DNA of 24,000 bases from Aliamphritea hakodatensis (GTDB lineage: Bacteria; Pseudomonadota; Gammaproteobacteria; Pseudomonadales; Balneatricaceae), in NCBI RefSeq assembly GCF_024347195.1, contig NZ_AP025281.1, forward strand, positions 4,659,695 through 4,683,694, given 5' to 3'. Below, piece after piece: positions 1 to 10,573 of the stretch. A model generated the notes under the pieces. The model did not search any database, was not told the DNA's origin, and saw only the letters and a list, made by a program, of their open reading frames with translations. The position numbers were made by a program, and so were the translations under genes. Every line of letters begins with the position of its first letter. Within the stretch, counting starts at the first letter, position 1.

Positions 1-37
1 GCCAGTTGGCGGTTTCTTCGTTTCTGACAGTCAGAAA

Positions 38-514
38 TCAGACGTGATGCACCTGGTCAATTTCGTACTCAACAGCGCCACCCGGCGTGTTAACCACAAC
101 CACATCACCCTCTTCCTTACCTACCAGCGCACGGGCAATCGGCGACCCCACTGAAATCTTGCGATTTTTAATATCAGCTTCGTCTTCACCGACAATCTGA
201 TAACTGACGGTATCGTCAGTATCCAGATTGATGATATCCACAGTCGTACCGAAGATAACTTTACCGCTGTGAGGAATCTGGGTTACATCGATAACCTGAG
301 CAGAACCGAGCTTACCTTCAAGCTCCTGAATCCGGCCTTCAATGAAACCCTGCTGCTCACGTGCTGCATGGTATTCAGCATTCTCTTTCAAATCACCGTG
401 CTCGCGGGCATCCGCAATCGCTGCAATAACCGTTGGACGCTGAACAGTCTTCAGGTCATCCAGTTCTTCGCGAAGTGCTTTTTCACCATGCACTGTCATT
501 GGAAATTTTTGCAT
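38..514 (-). CDS. greA: transcription elongation factor GreA
   Basis: 158-aa ORF with an end-to-end by-eye match to enterobacterial GreA ([21 protein letters not shown] core; C-terminal [14 protein letters not shown]). The ATG is preceded by AGGA. It starts 19 nt after the carB stop on the same strand. Confidence 0.97.
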   Translation of the reverse strand: MQKFPMTVHGEKALREELDDLKTVQRPTVIAAIADAREHGDLKENAEYHAAREQQGFIEGRIQELEGKLGSAQVIDVTQIPHSGKVIFGTTVDIINLDTDDTVSYQIVGEDEADIKNRKISVGSPIARALVGKEEGDVVVVNTPGGAVEYEIDQVHHV

Positions 515-533
515 ATCCTGTCTCTCTTATAAC

Positions 534-3500
534 TTAGTGCAGATCTTGCAGACGACGCACTTCTTTCTCTTCGCCATACTGCATTGCCATGATCATGGCC
601 TCAGCACCGGCCAGCGTAGTGGTATAAGGCACTTTATGCTGCAGCGCTGTACGACGGATCTCAGCAGAATCAGCAATCGCCTTACGGCCTTCAGTGGTGT
701 TGATGGCATAGGCAATTTCATCGTTCTTCAACATATCAACAATGTTCGGACGACCTTCCATTACCTTATTTACCAGACCCACTTCGATACCCGCATCTTT
801 CAGCAATGCCGCTGTACCGCTGGTTGCTACCAGAGTGAAGCCCAGATCAATCAGGTCACGGGCCAGCTTCAGCGCGCCCTGCTTATCCACATCACGTACA
901 GAGATAAACGCCTTACCTTTAGCAGGCATCTTCTCACCGGCACCGCGAACAGCCTTCATGAAAGCTTCGCCGAAGGTCTCGCCGACACCCATCACTTCGC
1001 CGGTAGACTTCATTTCCGGGCTCAGAATAGGGTCAACACCCTGGAACTTGTTGAACGGGAAGACAGCTTCTTTCACGTTGAACATGTCCGGCACGATTTC
1101 TTCAGTGAAGCCCAGCTCGCTCAGCTTCTTACCGGTCATAACCAGTGCAGCGATTTTCGCCAGTGACACACCGATACACTTGGAAACAAACGGCACAGTA
1201 CGGGAGGCACGCGGGTTAACTTCGATCACGTAGATCTCGCCATCCTGGTAAGCCAGCTGAACATTCATCAGACCAACCACACCCAGCTCCAGCGCCATTT
1301 TCTTCACCTGCTCACGCATCTGATCCTGCACATCAGCAGGCAGACTGTAAGGAGGCAGAGAACACGCGGAGTCACCGGAGTGAACACCGGCCTGCTCAAT
1401 GTGCTGCATGATGGCACCGATCACAACGGTCTCGCCGTCACAGATCGCATCGATATCCACTTCAACCGCTGCATTCAGGAAGTGATCCAGTAATACCGGC
1501 GCATCGTGAGATACCTGCACCGCAGTATTCATGTACTGACGCAACTCTGCTTCGTTGTAGACGATTTCCATCGCACGGCCACCCAGCACGTAAGACGGAC
1601 GCACAACCAGCGGATAATCCAGCTTGGCTGCTTCAATGATTGCTTCTTCCTGGCTGCGCACAGTGGCGTTTTCAGGCTGCTTCAGACCCAGACGTTTCAG
1701 CATTTGCTGGAACTGTTCACGGTCTTCCGCACGGTCAATCGCTTCCGGAGACGTACCGATAATTGGCACACCCGCCTGCTCAAGCGCCAGCGCCAGCTTC
1801 AGAGGGGTCTGGCCACCGTACTGAACAATGACACCCTTAGGCTGTTCAACGTGAACGATTTCCAGCACATCTTCCAGTGTAATCGGCTCAAAATAGAGAC
1901 GGTCAGACGTATCGTAATCGGTAGAAACCGTTTCAGGGTTACAGTTAACCATGATGGTTTCGTAGCCGTCTTCACGGGCAGCCAGCGCCGCGTGAACACA
2001 GCAGTAATCAAACTCAATGCCCTGACCGATACGGTTAGGGCCACCACCGATAACCATGATCTTGTCACGGTCAGACGGGTTAGACTCACACTCTTCTTCG
2101 TAAGTGGAGTACATGTACGCTGTATCGGTAGAGAACTCAGCCGCACAGGTATCAACACGCTTGAATACCGGACGGATATCCAGACTGTGACGCTGCTTGC
2201 GCACCTGCTTCTCGCTCACACCCAGCAGAGTCGCCAGACGGGCATCAGAGAAACCTTTACGCTTCAGACGGAACAGGGTGTCCTTATCCAGCTCAGACAG
2301 CGCCATTTCAGATACACGCTGCTCTTCTTTGATCAGATCTTCAATCTGAACCAGGAACCATGGGTCGATGCCGGACAGCTCGTACAGCTCTTCCATGCCC
2401 ATCCCCAGACGCATCGCATCGGCCAGATACCAGATACGTTCAGCGCCCGGCTGCTTCATCTCACGGATAATATCGGAACGAACATCTTCGTCGTCCGGAT
2501 TCACAATAGGATCCAGGCCAGTTGCACCGACTTCCAGACCACGCAGCGCTTTCTGCAGCGATTCCTGCTGGGTACGGCCAATCGCCATCACCTCGCCCAC
2601 TGACTTCATCTGAGTGGTCAGACGGTCATTAGCCTGTGGGAATTTCTCGAAAGTGAAACGCGGAATCTTAGTAACAACGTAATCAATCGCCGGCTCAAAG
2701 GATGCAGGGGTCGCACCGCCAGTGATGTCATTCTGCAGTTCATCCAGGGTATAACCAATCGCCAGCTTGGCAGCCACTTTAGCAATCGGGAAACCGGTCG
2801 CCTTGGATGCCAGCGCAGATGAACGGGAAACCCGTGGGTTCATCTCGATAACAACCATACGGCCAGTCTCAGGGCACATACCGAACTGTACGTTAGAACC
2901 ACCGGTTTCTACGCCGATTTCACGCAGCACTGCCAGAGAGGCATTACGCATGATCTGATATTCTTTATCCGTCAGCGTCTGCGCAGGTGCAACGGTGATA
3001 GAGTCACCGGTGTGTACACCCATAGCATCAAAGTTTTCGATGGCACAGATAATGATGCAGTTGTCGTTCTTGTCGCGGACAACTTCCATCTCATATTCTT
3101 TCCAGCCGATCAGGGATTCATCAATCAGCAGTTCGCTGGTCGGTGACAGATCCAGACCACGTTCGCAAATTTCAACAAACTCTTCTTTGTTGTATGCGAT
3201 ACCGCCACCGGTCCCCCCCATCGTGAAAGACGGACGGATAATACAAGGGAAGCCCAGCTGTGCCTGAACCTGAATCGCCTCTTCCATGCTGTGAGCAATC
3301 GCAGCACGCGGGCATTCCAGACCAATCGACTTCATCGCCTTATCGAAACGGTCACGGTCTTCAGCTTTATCGATGGTATCAGCGTTTGCACCGACCATCT
3401 CTACGCCGAATTTTTCCAGCACACCTTCGCGCTCAAGATCCAGCGCACAGTTCAGTGCAGTCTGACCACCCATGGTCGGCAGCACCGCATCAGGACGCTC

Positions 3501-3740
3501 TTTCTCGATAATTTTCGCAACTGTCTGCCACTGAATAGGCTCAATGTACGTCGCATCAGCCATACTTGGATCGGTCATAATGGTGGCTGGGTTAGAGTTC
3601 ACCAGAATAACGCGATAGCCTTCTTCACGAAGGGCTTTACAGGCTTGAGCACCTGAATAGTCAAACTCACAGGCTTGACCGATAACGATAGGCCCCGCAC
3701 CGAGGATCAGAATACTTTGTATATCCGTACGTTTAGGCAT
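534..3740 (-). CDS. carB: carbamoyl-phosphate synthase large subunit
   Basis: 1068-aa ORF. The N-terminus [30 protein letters not shown] and the duplicated ATP-grasp halves (second half restarts at [24 protein letters not shown]) are diagnostic of CarB. Confidence 0.98.
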   Translation of the reverse strand: MPKRTDIQSILILGAGPIVIGQACEFDYSGAQACKALREEGYRVILVNSNPATIMTDPSMADATYIEPIQWQTVAKIIEKERPDAVLPTMGGQTALNCALDLEREGVLEKFGVEMVGANADTIDKAEDRDRFDKAMKSIGLECPRAAIAHSMEEAIQVQAQLGFPCIIRPSFTMGGTGGGIAYNKEEFVEICERGLDLSPTSELLIDESLIGWKEYEMEVVRDKNDNCIIICAIENFDAMGVHTGDSITVAPAQTLTDKEYQIMRNASLAVLREIGVETGGSNVQFGMCPETGRMVVIEMNPRVSRSSALASKATGFPIAKVAAKLAIGYTLDELQNDITGGATPASFEPAIDYVVTKIPRFTFEKFPQANDRLTTQMKSVGEVMAIGRTQQESLQKALRGLEVGATGLDPIVNPDDEDVRSDIIREMKQPGAERIWYLADAMRLGMGMEELYELSGIDPWFLVQIEDLIKEEQRVSEMALSELDKDTLFRLKRKGFSDARLATLLGVSEKQVRKQRHSLDIRPVFKRVDTCAAEFSTDTAYMYSTYEEECESNPSDRDKIMVIGGGPNRIGQGIEFDYCCVHAALAAREDGYETIMVNCNPETVSTDYDTSDRLYFEPITLEDVLEIVHVEQPKGVIVQYGGQTPLKLALALEQAGVPIIGTSPEAIDRAEDREQFQQMLKRLGLKQPENATVRSQEEAIIEAAKLDYPLVVRPSYVLGGRAMEIVYNEAELRQYMNTAVQVSHDAPVLLDHFLNAAVEVDIDAICDGETVVIGAIMQHIEQAGVHSGDSACSLPPYSLPADVQDQMREQVKKMALELGVVGLMNVQLAYQDGEIYVIEVNPRASRTVPFVSKCIGVSLAKIAALVMTGKKLSELGFTEEIVPDMFNVKEAVFPFNKFQGVDPILSPEMKSTGEVMGVGETFGEAFMKAVRGAGEKMPAKGKAFISVRDVDKQGALKLARDLIDLGFTLVATSGTAALLKDAGIEVGLVNKVMEGRPNIVDMLKNDEIAYAINTTEGRKAIADSAEIRRTALQHKVPYTTTLAGAEAMIMAMQYGEEKEVRRLQDLH

Positions 3741-3773
3741 GTGTAATCAACCGATCTTCAAAAGATTCAACGG

Positions 3774-3832
3774 GAATTTTACCAGCCGGTAAAATTCTCT
3801 CAATTCAAATCCGCCCGGATAAACCGGGCGGA
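3774..3832 (-). other. two perfect stem-loops in the carA-carB spacer
   Basis: 3774-3797: GAATTTTACC / AGCC loop / GGTAAAATTC (10-bp stem). 3810-3832: TCCGCCCGG / ATAAA / CCGGGCGGA (9-bp stem). On the coding (minus) strand the second is followed by TTTGAATT. The structures are certain from the sequence; their function is unknown. Confidence 0.5.
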
Positions 3833-3854
3833 AAATATTGCTGCGACGGGAAAA

Positions 3855-4994
3855 TCAGCCCGCCTTACGCTCTGCCATGGCCGCTATAAAGCGGTCAAAC
3901 AGAGGGGCCACATCATGAGGGCCCGGACTCGCTTCAGGGTGTCCCTGGAAGCTGAATGCCACCCGGTCAGTCCGCTCAACGCCCTGCAGGGAACCGTCGA
4001 ACAGTGACTTGTGGGTTGCACGGATCGTATCAGGCAGAGAATCCTCATCGACTGCAAACCCGTGGTTCTGACTGGTAATCAGTACCTGAGAAGAATCCAG
4101 ATCCTGTACCGGATGGTTCGCCCCGTGATGACCGAACTTCATCTTCACAGTGTTAGCACCGGATGCCAGCGCCAGCAACTGATGACCCAGACAGATACCG
4201 AATACCGGCAACTCAGTCTCACAGATCTCAGTGATCGCCTTGATCGCGTAATCACATGGTTCCGGGTCACCCGGGCCATTAGACAGGAACACACCGTCAG
4301 GATTCAGCGCCAGCACTTCCGCAGCCGGCGTTTGTGCAGGCACAACCGTCAGACGGCAGCCACGCTCAACCAGCATACGCAGAATATTACGCTTCACACC
4401 GTAATCGTAGGCAACAACATGATAAGGCAGTTCTTCAGCAGAACGCTCCTGGTGACCCTCAACCAGATCCCAGGTAGAAGACGTCCACTCATAAGACTCA
4501 TCAGTGGTCACAACCTTCGCCAGATCCATGCCCTTCAGGCCAGGGAATTCCTGTGCCGCAGCAAGTGCAGTTGCTTCGCTCAGGTCTTCACCTGCCATCA
4601 CGCAACCGCTCAGGGAACCTTTCTCACGTAAAATACGTGTCAGGCGACGGGTATCGATATCAGCGATACCAACAATATTGTTGGCTTTCAGGTAATCATC
4701 CAGGCTTTGCTCATTACGCCAGCTGCTTGCCAGCAACGGCAGATCTCGGATTACAAGACCGGCAACCCAGGTTTTAGCCGACTCTTCATCTTCATGCGTT
4801 GTGCCCACATTGCCAATGTGCGGGTATGTAAGAGTCACAATCTGACGGCAATAGGATGGGTCCGTCAGAATCTCCTGATAACCAGTCATAGAAGTGTTAA
4901 ATACCACCTCACCAGAGGACTGGCCATCCGCGCCAATAGCTACTCCCCGGAAGATACTTCCGTCTTCAAGGGCCAGAATGGCTGGTCTTGTCAA
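3855..4994 (-). CDS. carA: carbamoyl-phosphate synthase small (glutamine amidotransferase) subunit
   Basis: The ORF track starts at ATG 5090 (411 aa), but similarity to CarA begins at [18 protein letters not shown] at 4994 is preceded by GGAGG with a 5-nt spacer and gives 379 aa (E. coli CarA is about 382 aa). Motifs present: [20 protein letters not shown], and the GATase catalytic Cys in GICLGHQ. Confidence 0.92.
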   Translation of the reverse strand: MTRPAILALEDGSIFRGVAIGADGQSSGEVVFNTSMTGYQEILTDPSYCRQIVTLTYPHIGNVGTTHEDEESAKTWVAGLVIRDLPLLASSWRNEQSLDDYLKANNIVGIADIDTRRLTRILREKGSLSGCVMAGEDLSEATALAAAQEFPGLKGMDLAKVVTTDESYEWTSSTWDLVEGHQERSAEELPYHVVAYDYGVKRNILRMLVERGCRLTVVPAQTPAAEVLALNPDGVFLSNGPGDPEPCDYAIKAITEICETELPVFGICLGHQLLALASGANTVKMKFGHHGANHPVQDLDSSQVLITSQNHGFAVDEDSLPDTIRATHKSLFDGSLQGVERTDRVAFSFQGHPEASPGPHDVAPLFDRFIAAMAERKAG

Positions 4995-5063
4995 ATCAAC
5001 CTCCCCGCTTAGAGCGCATCTAAACAGAATCAATAACTTAGAATCAACAACCGATAAGTTGCA

Positions 5064-5100
5064 AAAAAGCGAGACAGAACAAAAGTCCATCTCGCTTTTT
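5064..5100 (-). promoter_or_regulatory. terminator-like hairpin in the carA 5' leader (attenuator candidate)
   Basis: Minus-strand reading: GGAUUUUUUGAAAAAGCGAGA-(15-nt loop)-UCUCGCUUUUUUGC. This is a 7-bp core stem (AGCGAGA/UCUCGCU) extendable by A:U pairs and followed by U6. It sits about 70 nt upstream of the TTG start of carA. Confidence 0.35.
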
Positions 5101-5336
5101 CAAAAAATCCGGTTGTCGCATTTACTGTATGCAAAACGGCGGTATTTTAGTGCATTACCTCCCAGCTGTCTATGGGAAACCTGCAACCTTAACCGGCAAT
5201 TGCCATCCATAAGTATATTCACCACTCTGAGGAAAAGCCTTATTCACTGTCATCGTTCCGTCACCTGCAGAGCATTTAATAGCGGCGATTTTTAAGGATG
5301 AAACTCGTCACCCAACCGCATCCGGAAACCGAGATA

Positions 5337-7319
5337 ATGAAAATATCCACGATCAACCGCCTGACAACCGCCGCCCTGCTGATAATCGTCGGCATACTGG
5401 CTGCCGCCATGATCTGGTCACTGGCCAAACTCAATCAGAATTTTAATGCCACCCGACACTACACCGACCTGCAACAACACATCACCCGCACAATCAGCCG
5501 ACCTGTCCTGGCTTACCTGAGACTCGCCGACACAACCCTGCTGAGTGACATCGACAACAACATAGCCTTACTGAACAATGAAACCTCGCCACTGCAACGC
5601 CTGCCTGAACAGGCACGTCTGCAACTGCAGCAGCAGCTACAGAGTCTCCAGTCCACCGCCCTGTTTGAGCTTCGCGAAGCCGGCAAACTGAAAAACCCGC
5701 AATCCCTGCTGATCAATGCAGAAAATGAAATCCTGGCCAGCCTCAGCCAACTGAATGACTACGCACTGCAGGCCACTGAGCAACAACAGGCACTGGCCAA
5801 CCGTTACCGGCAACACCTGCAACAATTACTGCTACAGCTCCCGGAACTCAGTCACAGCCGTGAACGCTACTTCAGCAACAACGGCCATGACCGCAACCAC
5901 ATACAACAGACCCTCAGCCAACTGAACCACCAACAAAAAGCATTACAGGCACTGCCCCGTCTGAACATATATGCAGACGCTGAAGAAGACGACCTGCAGT
6001 CCCTGCTCGGTCTGGACAAAACCGATGCTGAACCAGACCGGGAAGAACTGGGCGACATTTACAACCAGGAACTAAACAGCCTGCTACGCCGCTACCTGAA
6101 AGACCTCAGTAATATAGAAGATATCTACACCACCAAAATCACGGCCAGCAACAACAGCCTGCAACTGATAACCGCGCTGGAAACCACCCTGCAGGAACTG
6201 AAAACCACTGCAGACCGCCAGTACCGAACCACGGAAGACAACGTATACGTCCTGCTGATCTGCTGCCTCACCCTGATAACCCTGGTGGCATTACTCATGA
6301 GCACAGTCAGCACCCTGCTCAGTAACACACTGCGAACCACCAGCAAAAACATACAACAACTGGCTTGCGGCAATCTGTCACCCCAGACCACAGACAAAAG
6401 CCGTATCAGCGAAATTTGCACCCTCAACTCCGCCAGCCAGCAACTCAGTAACTACCTGCAACAACTGATCACCCAGCTGAACCAGCAGAGCAGCAGCCTG
6501 AAAAAACTTGGCAGGGACCTCAGCAACAGCGCCTGCTCGCTGGATGAAATCGTCGCAGCCCAGCAATCAGCCACCCAAAGCATTGCTGAAGACATCAGCC
6601 GGCTCAGCGAATCAAACTCAGAAGTCGTCCGCAGCGCAACAGAAACATCAGACTCAACTCAGCAGGCCATCGCACTCAGCCAGAACGGTGTCAACCAAAT
6701 GGAACGCACCCGGGAAAGTATTCTCAGCCTGGTTGAGGAAACCCAGACCACCTACAACACCTTTCAGGTACTCAAAGAAGACGGGAAGGATATCGGCAAC
6801 GCATTAACGGTTATTCAGACACTCGCCGACCAGACCAACCTGCTGGCACTCAACGCCGCCATCGAAGCCGCCAGAGCCGGCGAGCAGGGCAGAGGATTCG
6901 CAGTGGTTGCCGACGAAGTCCGGGGACTGGCCAGTAACACCACCACCGCCGCCAAACAGATCAGCGGCATCATACTTAAACTGAATACCGCCATCGACCA
7001 GTCATCCGGCCGGATTGAACACCAGACAAATCTGGTTCAGCAAAGCGTCACACTCGCCGACGAGGCAAAACAAAGCATTGATCATATCCGCAATGCCATC
7101 AATGACATCAACCAGATGAACAGCCTGATTGCAGCCTCGGCAGAACAACAATCAACCATGACTGACCAGATCGCCACCGGCATTCGCACCACCGTGGAAC
7201 AGTCAGACCGTTCCGCCCGTGAGTCAGACAACAATCAGCGCTACGCCAGCCAGGTGGAAAGAATCAGCGAAAGCCTGTCAGGGCTGCTCGCAAACTTCAC
7301 CCAAACTCAATCAAAATAA
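5337..7319 (+). CDS. methyl-accepting chemotaxis protein (large helical periplasmic sensor domain)
   Basis: TM1 is [22 protein letters not shown] and TM2 is [26 protein letters not shown], about 270 aa later. The conserved signalling hairpin is [38 protein letters not shown]. The start is ambiguous: ATG 5298 (track) or ATG 5337 (MKISTINRL, the typical short N-terminus). I prefer 5337. Confidence 0.9.
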   Translation: MKISTINRLTTAALLIIVGILAAAMIWSLAKLNQNFNATRHYTDLQQHITRTISRPVLAYLRLADTTLLSDIDNNIALLNNETSPLQRLPEQARLQLQQQLQSLQSTALFELREAGKLKNPQSLLINAENEILASLSQLNDYALQATEQQQALANRYRQHLQQLLLQLPELSHSRERYFSNNGHDRNHIQQTLSQLNHQQKALQALPRLNIYADAEEDDLQSLLGLDKTDAEPDREELGDIYNQELNSLLRRYLKDLSNIEDIYTTKITASNNSLQLITALETTLQELKTTADRQYRTTEDNVYVLLICCLTLITLVALLMSTVSTLLSNTLRTTSKNIQQLACGNLSPQTTDKSRISEICTLNSASQQLSNYLQQLITQLNQQSSSLKKLGRDLSNSACSLDEIVAAQQSATQSIAEDISRLSESNSEVVRSATETSDSTQQAIALSQNGVNQMERTRESILSLVEETQTTYNTFQVLKEDGKDIGNALTVIQTLADQTNLLALNAAIEAARAGEQGRGFAVVADEVRGLASNTTTAAKQISGIILKLNTAIDQSSGRIEHQTNLVQQSVTLADEAKQSIDHIRNAINDINQMNSLIAASAEQQSTMTDQIATGIRTTVEQSDRSARESDNNQRYASQVERISESLSGLLANFTQTQSK

Positions 7320-7333
7320 TTGTTTGCAGACAC

Positions 7334-7367
7334 AAAAAAGCCCCGCTGACTGACCGTCCCGGGGCTT
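7334..7367 (-). terminator. intrinsic terminator downstream of sbmA (possibly bidirectional with the MCP gene)
   Basis: AAGCCCCG / 14-nt loop / CGGGGCTT. On the minus strand the stem is followed by TTTTTT. On the plus strand it is preceded by A6 but followed only by TCGCATT. Confidence 0.7.
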
Positions 7368-7389
7368 TCGCATTGACCAAACAGCCTGA

Positions 7390-8685
7390 TTACTGAGCAG
7401 CACCCGGCTCAGCCACCGCTTCACTGTCAATTTCCGGCAACGGCTGATGGTGAATCACCGCCTCAAACGATGCCAGACGCTTATATACAGACAGCAGCTC
7501 AACAATGGTGGTCCATGAATTCACCAGATACTGAAAGGAATTACTCACCTGCCCAAAGGCCGTCAGAATCTGCTGCAGCACACCAAAGGTGATAGCCCCA
7601 ACCGCAATGGTCGGCACCAGCAATACAAAGACAAAAATATTATCTGCCTGCAGATACATCATCCGGGCAACATTGAAATACATATAGTGAAAATACAGCC
7701 GGAAATAGTTTTTTCGCACATTGGCAAACAGCTCTCGCAGCGTCACCGGCTCAGCACGGGCCTCATCATCCTCGCCATACACCAACTCCTTACGGAAAGC
7801 CGCCTCCACCCGCTGATTTTTAAACTCCAGCCCCGGCAGTTTGATCCCCACCAGCGCCAGCAAACCGGTACCGAAAATCGCCCACACCAGCGCCGCATAA
7901 AACAGCGGATGCGCAATCTCACCGACAACCGGCAGCTCAGACACATAATCAGACAACACCCAGAGCACCGGCAAAAACGCAAACAGCGTCATCACAGAAT
8001 CAATAATCGACACCCCAAGCCCTTCCATAATAGATGCAAAGCGCATGGTATCTTCCTGTATCCGCTGCGAGGCACCCTCAATATGCCGCACCTGCTCCCA
8101 TCTGGCGGTATAGTAGTCATTCATGGCCGTACGCCAGCGGAAAATAAAGTGGCTGACAAAGAAACGCGTCACCACAAAGACAAAAATCGCCAGAAACGCG
8201 ATCTCGGAAAAGATCACAATCAGATCAAACAACTCAGACGAAACCGAAGACACCTTCTCATCTGTCACGGCTGCAGCGGCAGCATCCCCGCCCTCAGGAT
8301 CAATGGGTTTCAGCGCCGTCTGTACCAGGTCGAAAAACGGCCGGCGCCAGTTGTTAATTGCCACTGATACCTGAACAGAAAAATAGGTCGAAAATAAAAT
8401 CGCAGACGAACCGACAATCGACCACCACTGCCACTTATGATTGGCATACTTAAACCAGAACAGAGAAAACAGCGCCGTACAAAGGAAGTAGTACCCATAA
8501 AACAACAGGAATGAATCAGTAACAAAGTGCCCTAAACCAATAACCGGTTGCTCATCCGCAATATCCAATCCGACCAGCAAGGCCATCTGATCATTAAAGC
8601 CGTACCAAATCCCGCAACTCACACCCGAAAAAAGCACCACCGACAAAAAAAACATTTTCGGGTTGGGAAAAAAAGAATTAAACAT
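7390..8685 (-). CDS. sbmA: peptide antibiotic / antimicrobial peptide transporter, SbmA/BacA family (no ATPase domain)
   Basis: 431-aa polytopic membrane ORF. It is collinear by eye with E. coli SbmA as I remember it: MFNSFFP..., FFVSHFIFRWRTAMNDYY, HIEGASQRIQEDTMRFA, GIKLPGLEFKNQRVEAAFRKELVYGEDD, RKNYFRLYFHYMYFN, NSWTTIVELLSVYKRL. AGGAA lies 8 nt upstream of the ATG. Confidence 0.92.
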   Translation of the reverse strand: MFNSFFPNPKMFFLSVVLFSGVSCGIWYGFNDQMALLVGLDIADEQPVIGLGHFVTDSFLLFYGYYFLCTALFSLFWFKYANHKWQWWSIVGSSAILFSTYFSVQVSVAINNWRRPFFDLVQTALKPIDPEGGDAAAAAVTDEKVSSVSSELFDLIVIFSEIAFLAIFVFVVTRFFVSHFIFRWRTAMNDYYTARWEQVRHIEGASQRIQEDTMRFASIMEGLGVSIIDSVMTLFAFLPVLWVLSDYVSELPVVGEIAHPLFYAALVWAIFGTGLLALVGIKLPGLEFKNQRVEAAFRKELVYGEDDEARAEPVTLRELFANVRKNYFRLYFHYMYFNVARMMYLQADNIFVFVLLVPTIAVGAITFGVLQQILTAFGQVSNSFQYLVNSWTTIVELLSVYKRLASFEAVIHHQPLPEIDSEAVAEPGAAQ

Positions 8686-8903
8686 AAAAACATTCCTATC
8701 AGACGAGTCTCTGTAAGACGGGCAGCAAGATCAAAAGTTCACGCCACCTTCGCACACCGGTCATCAACAGCCTAACAGAGAACCACAACCTGAGCATGCT
8801 CTAAACCAATAAATAGTATTTTGCTTTCCGATACTTATCCACAAGAAACCGCGACACATCCTTTTTATCCAGCACAACAGCAACTCACCATGCCGCGGCG
8901 CTC

Positions 8904-9668
8904 TCACCACTTCCACGGCACGCTTTGCGGCCTGAAATTTTCTGCCGTCACCGCCAGACTTTCATCCGTTTCCAAACGCCCGCTGTGCAAGCCAACCAGG
9001 TACCAGCCATCCTTTTCTTCAGAAAGCACCGGCCCACCGGAATCACCACCGGTCGTACGGCAATTACTTTGCAGTAAACGCTTACTCTCATGCAAAGCCT
9101 TAACCTTACAACCCGCCTGAACCGTTAATACGAATGCCCGGTCTCCCCGATAACCTGCCTGGATCAACGATTTGCCCTGAAACATACCATCCGCTTCCAG
9201 CAACGGCAGGTAACCCAACGCCCTTCCCAGCGGCTTGTTTAACTTCAGCAAAGCCCAGTCCCGCTTCACCTTATTCATTTCATTGTGCTTTGAATAGGTA
9301 TAACCCGGCGCGATCTGCATCGAAACACCTTTGGCAATCCCCTGAAAAGACTCCTTTTCCACACCGGCAACAAAGGTCAGATACTTCGCCGGATACCAGC
9401 GACCAACCCGCTGATTCCACAAACAATGGGCCGCAGTCAGCACCACATCCTCAGCCACCAGCGTCGCCGTACAGTGCCCGTAACCCGCCAGATTTATCCG
9501 CCCGATCGCCCGCCAGGGAAACTGCTGGCTCGACACCCATTTACGCTCCTGTGGATAATTTTCATGCAACACTGAAGCAGACTTATCTGCCGACCACACC
9601 GGCCCGGCAAGCGCACCGGACATAACAATCCACACAATAAACAACCGAGACAGTTTTACTACAGACAC
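8904..9668 (-). CDS. secreted trypsin-like (S1 family, V8/Glu-endopeptidase-like) serine protease, paralog 1
   Basis: 254 aa with a GTG start preceded by AGGCGGA. N-terminal signal peptide (LFIVWIVMSGALAGPVWSA). Catalytic triad motifs: LTAAHC (His81), RDWALLKL (Asp137), GDSGGP (Ser210). Confidence 0.85.
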   Translation of the reverse strand: MSVVKLSRLFIVWIVMSGALAGPVWSADKSASVLHENYPQERKWVSSQQFPWRAIGRINLAGYGHCTATLVAEDVVLTAAHCLWNQRVGRWYPAKYLTFVAGVEKESFQGIAKGVSMQIAPGYTYSKHNEMNKVKRDWALLKLNKPLGRALGYLPLLEADGMFQGKSLIQAGYRGDRAFVLTVQAGCKVKALHESKRLLQSNCRTTGGDSGGPVLSEEKDGWYLVGLHSGRLETDESLAVTAENFRPQSVPWKW

Positions 9669-9772
9669 AATTCCGCCTTTAAATACAAAGCTCCAATTTC
9701 AGAACACAGACTAAACCACAAAGTGACAGCCAGACCAACCTAAGCCAGAGATATCCTCTGCCATGCACCGGA

Positions 9773-10573
9773 TCAGAACCCGGACCAGAACTCTGAATAG
9801 ACGCGAGCCGCCACCGCCAGACTGGCAGAATCTCCAACCCTGACACTGTGCAACCCCAGCACATACCACCGGCCTTCCTGCCTGAACAGCAACGGCCCAC
9901 CGGAATCACCATACCCGCTCTGACAGTTGCTTCTGAGCAATCGCTGACGGTCATAAATACCGGTAATAACACACCTCTGCTGAACGGTCAGCACTTCCTG
10001 CCTGTCATAGCGGTAACCGGCATGCACCACCGGCATCCCGACTGACGGCCGCATGCCCGTAGCCAGAGAGACTGACCCCAACATGTCACCAAGCGGCTTA
10101 TCGAGCCTTAACAATGCCCAGTCCGATCGCACGTCCAGCCAGGGTTTAGCGGCCTGACTCACTGCCGCACTGAAAGCCCGGGAAACAAGCATGCGCTTAA
10201 TACCTGCGACCGCCTGAACATTTTTGCCATTCATACCTACAACAAACTTCAGATACTGCAGCGGATACCAGCGACCCATATCACGATTCCACAGACAATG
10301 AGCCGCCGTCAGAACAACATCCCGGGCAATCAGCGTCGCCGTACAGTAACCCCGCCCCGCCAGATTGATCCGGCCAATCGCCCGCCACGGAAAAACATCT
10401 CCGGACACAACAACTCTGGGTGAATAGATGTACTGCTGATCAGAAGACACAGCAGGACCAGATACCGGGCCACCATAAACACCGGCAATATAGAACCAGA
10501 CAACCAGAACAGCCGCCCGGATAATGCACGAAACTCCCTTTCCGCCTCCCCCCGATTCAACATTGTGAACCAT
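9773..10573 (-). CDS. secreted trypsin-like serine protease, paralog 2
   Basis: Same motifs as paralog 1 (FPWRAIGRINLAG, LTAAHCLWN, DWALLRL, GDSGGP) and about half of residues identical to it by eye. The start is uncertain: GTG 10615 (track), ATG 10573 (used here; no nearby SD), or ATT 10525, which sits 8 nt after AAGGGAG and directly precedes the hydrophobic signal core. Confidence 0.8.
   Translation of the reverse strand: MVHNVESGGGGKGVSCIIRAAVLVVWFYIAGVYGGPVSGPAVSSDQQYIYSPRVVVSGDVFPWRAIGRINLAGRGYCTATLIARDVVLTAAHCLWNRDMGRWYPLQYLKFVVGMNGKNVQAVAGIKRMLVSRAFSAAVSQAAKPWLDVRSDWALLRLDKPLGDMLGSVSLATGMRPSVGMPVVHAGYRYDRQEVLTVQQRCVITGIYDRQRLLRSNCQSGYGDSGGPLLFRQEGRWYVLGLHSVRVGDSASLAVAARVYSEFWSGF

Noticed and set aside
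537-3656. Long plus-strand ORFs inside carB (209, 163, 365, 121 aa and others).
   Set aside because: They are antisense to an unmistakable CarB reading frame and their products are low-complexity and Arg/His/Thr-rich. They are typical shadow ORFs.
4995-5090. A 32-codon N-terminal extension of carA from ATG 5090 ([12 protein letters not shown]...).
   Set aside because: CarA homology starts at the TTG 4994 position, which has a GGAGG RBS. The ATG lies inside the leader hairpin with no good SD, and the extension is hydrophobic and Cys-rich nonsense.
5205-5230. A possible E. coli-type ARG box upstream of carA (GGTGAATATACTTATGGA).
   Set aside because: Only the left half-site (TGAAT) matches and the right half is poor. 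ARG boxes normally occur as good palindromes and in pairs.
7687-8367. A 226-aa plus-strand ORF, and other ORFs, within sbmA.
   Set aside because: It is antisense to a full-length SbmA match. Its product is rich in His, Arg and Gln, with no domain features.
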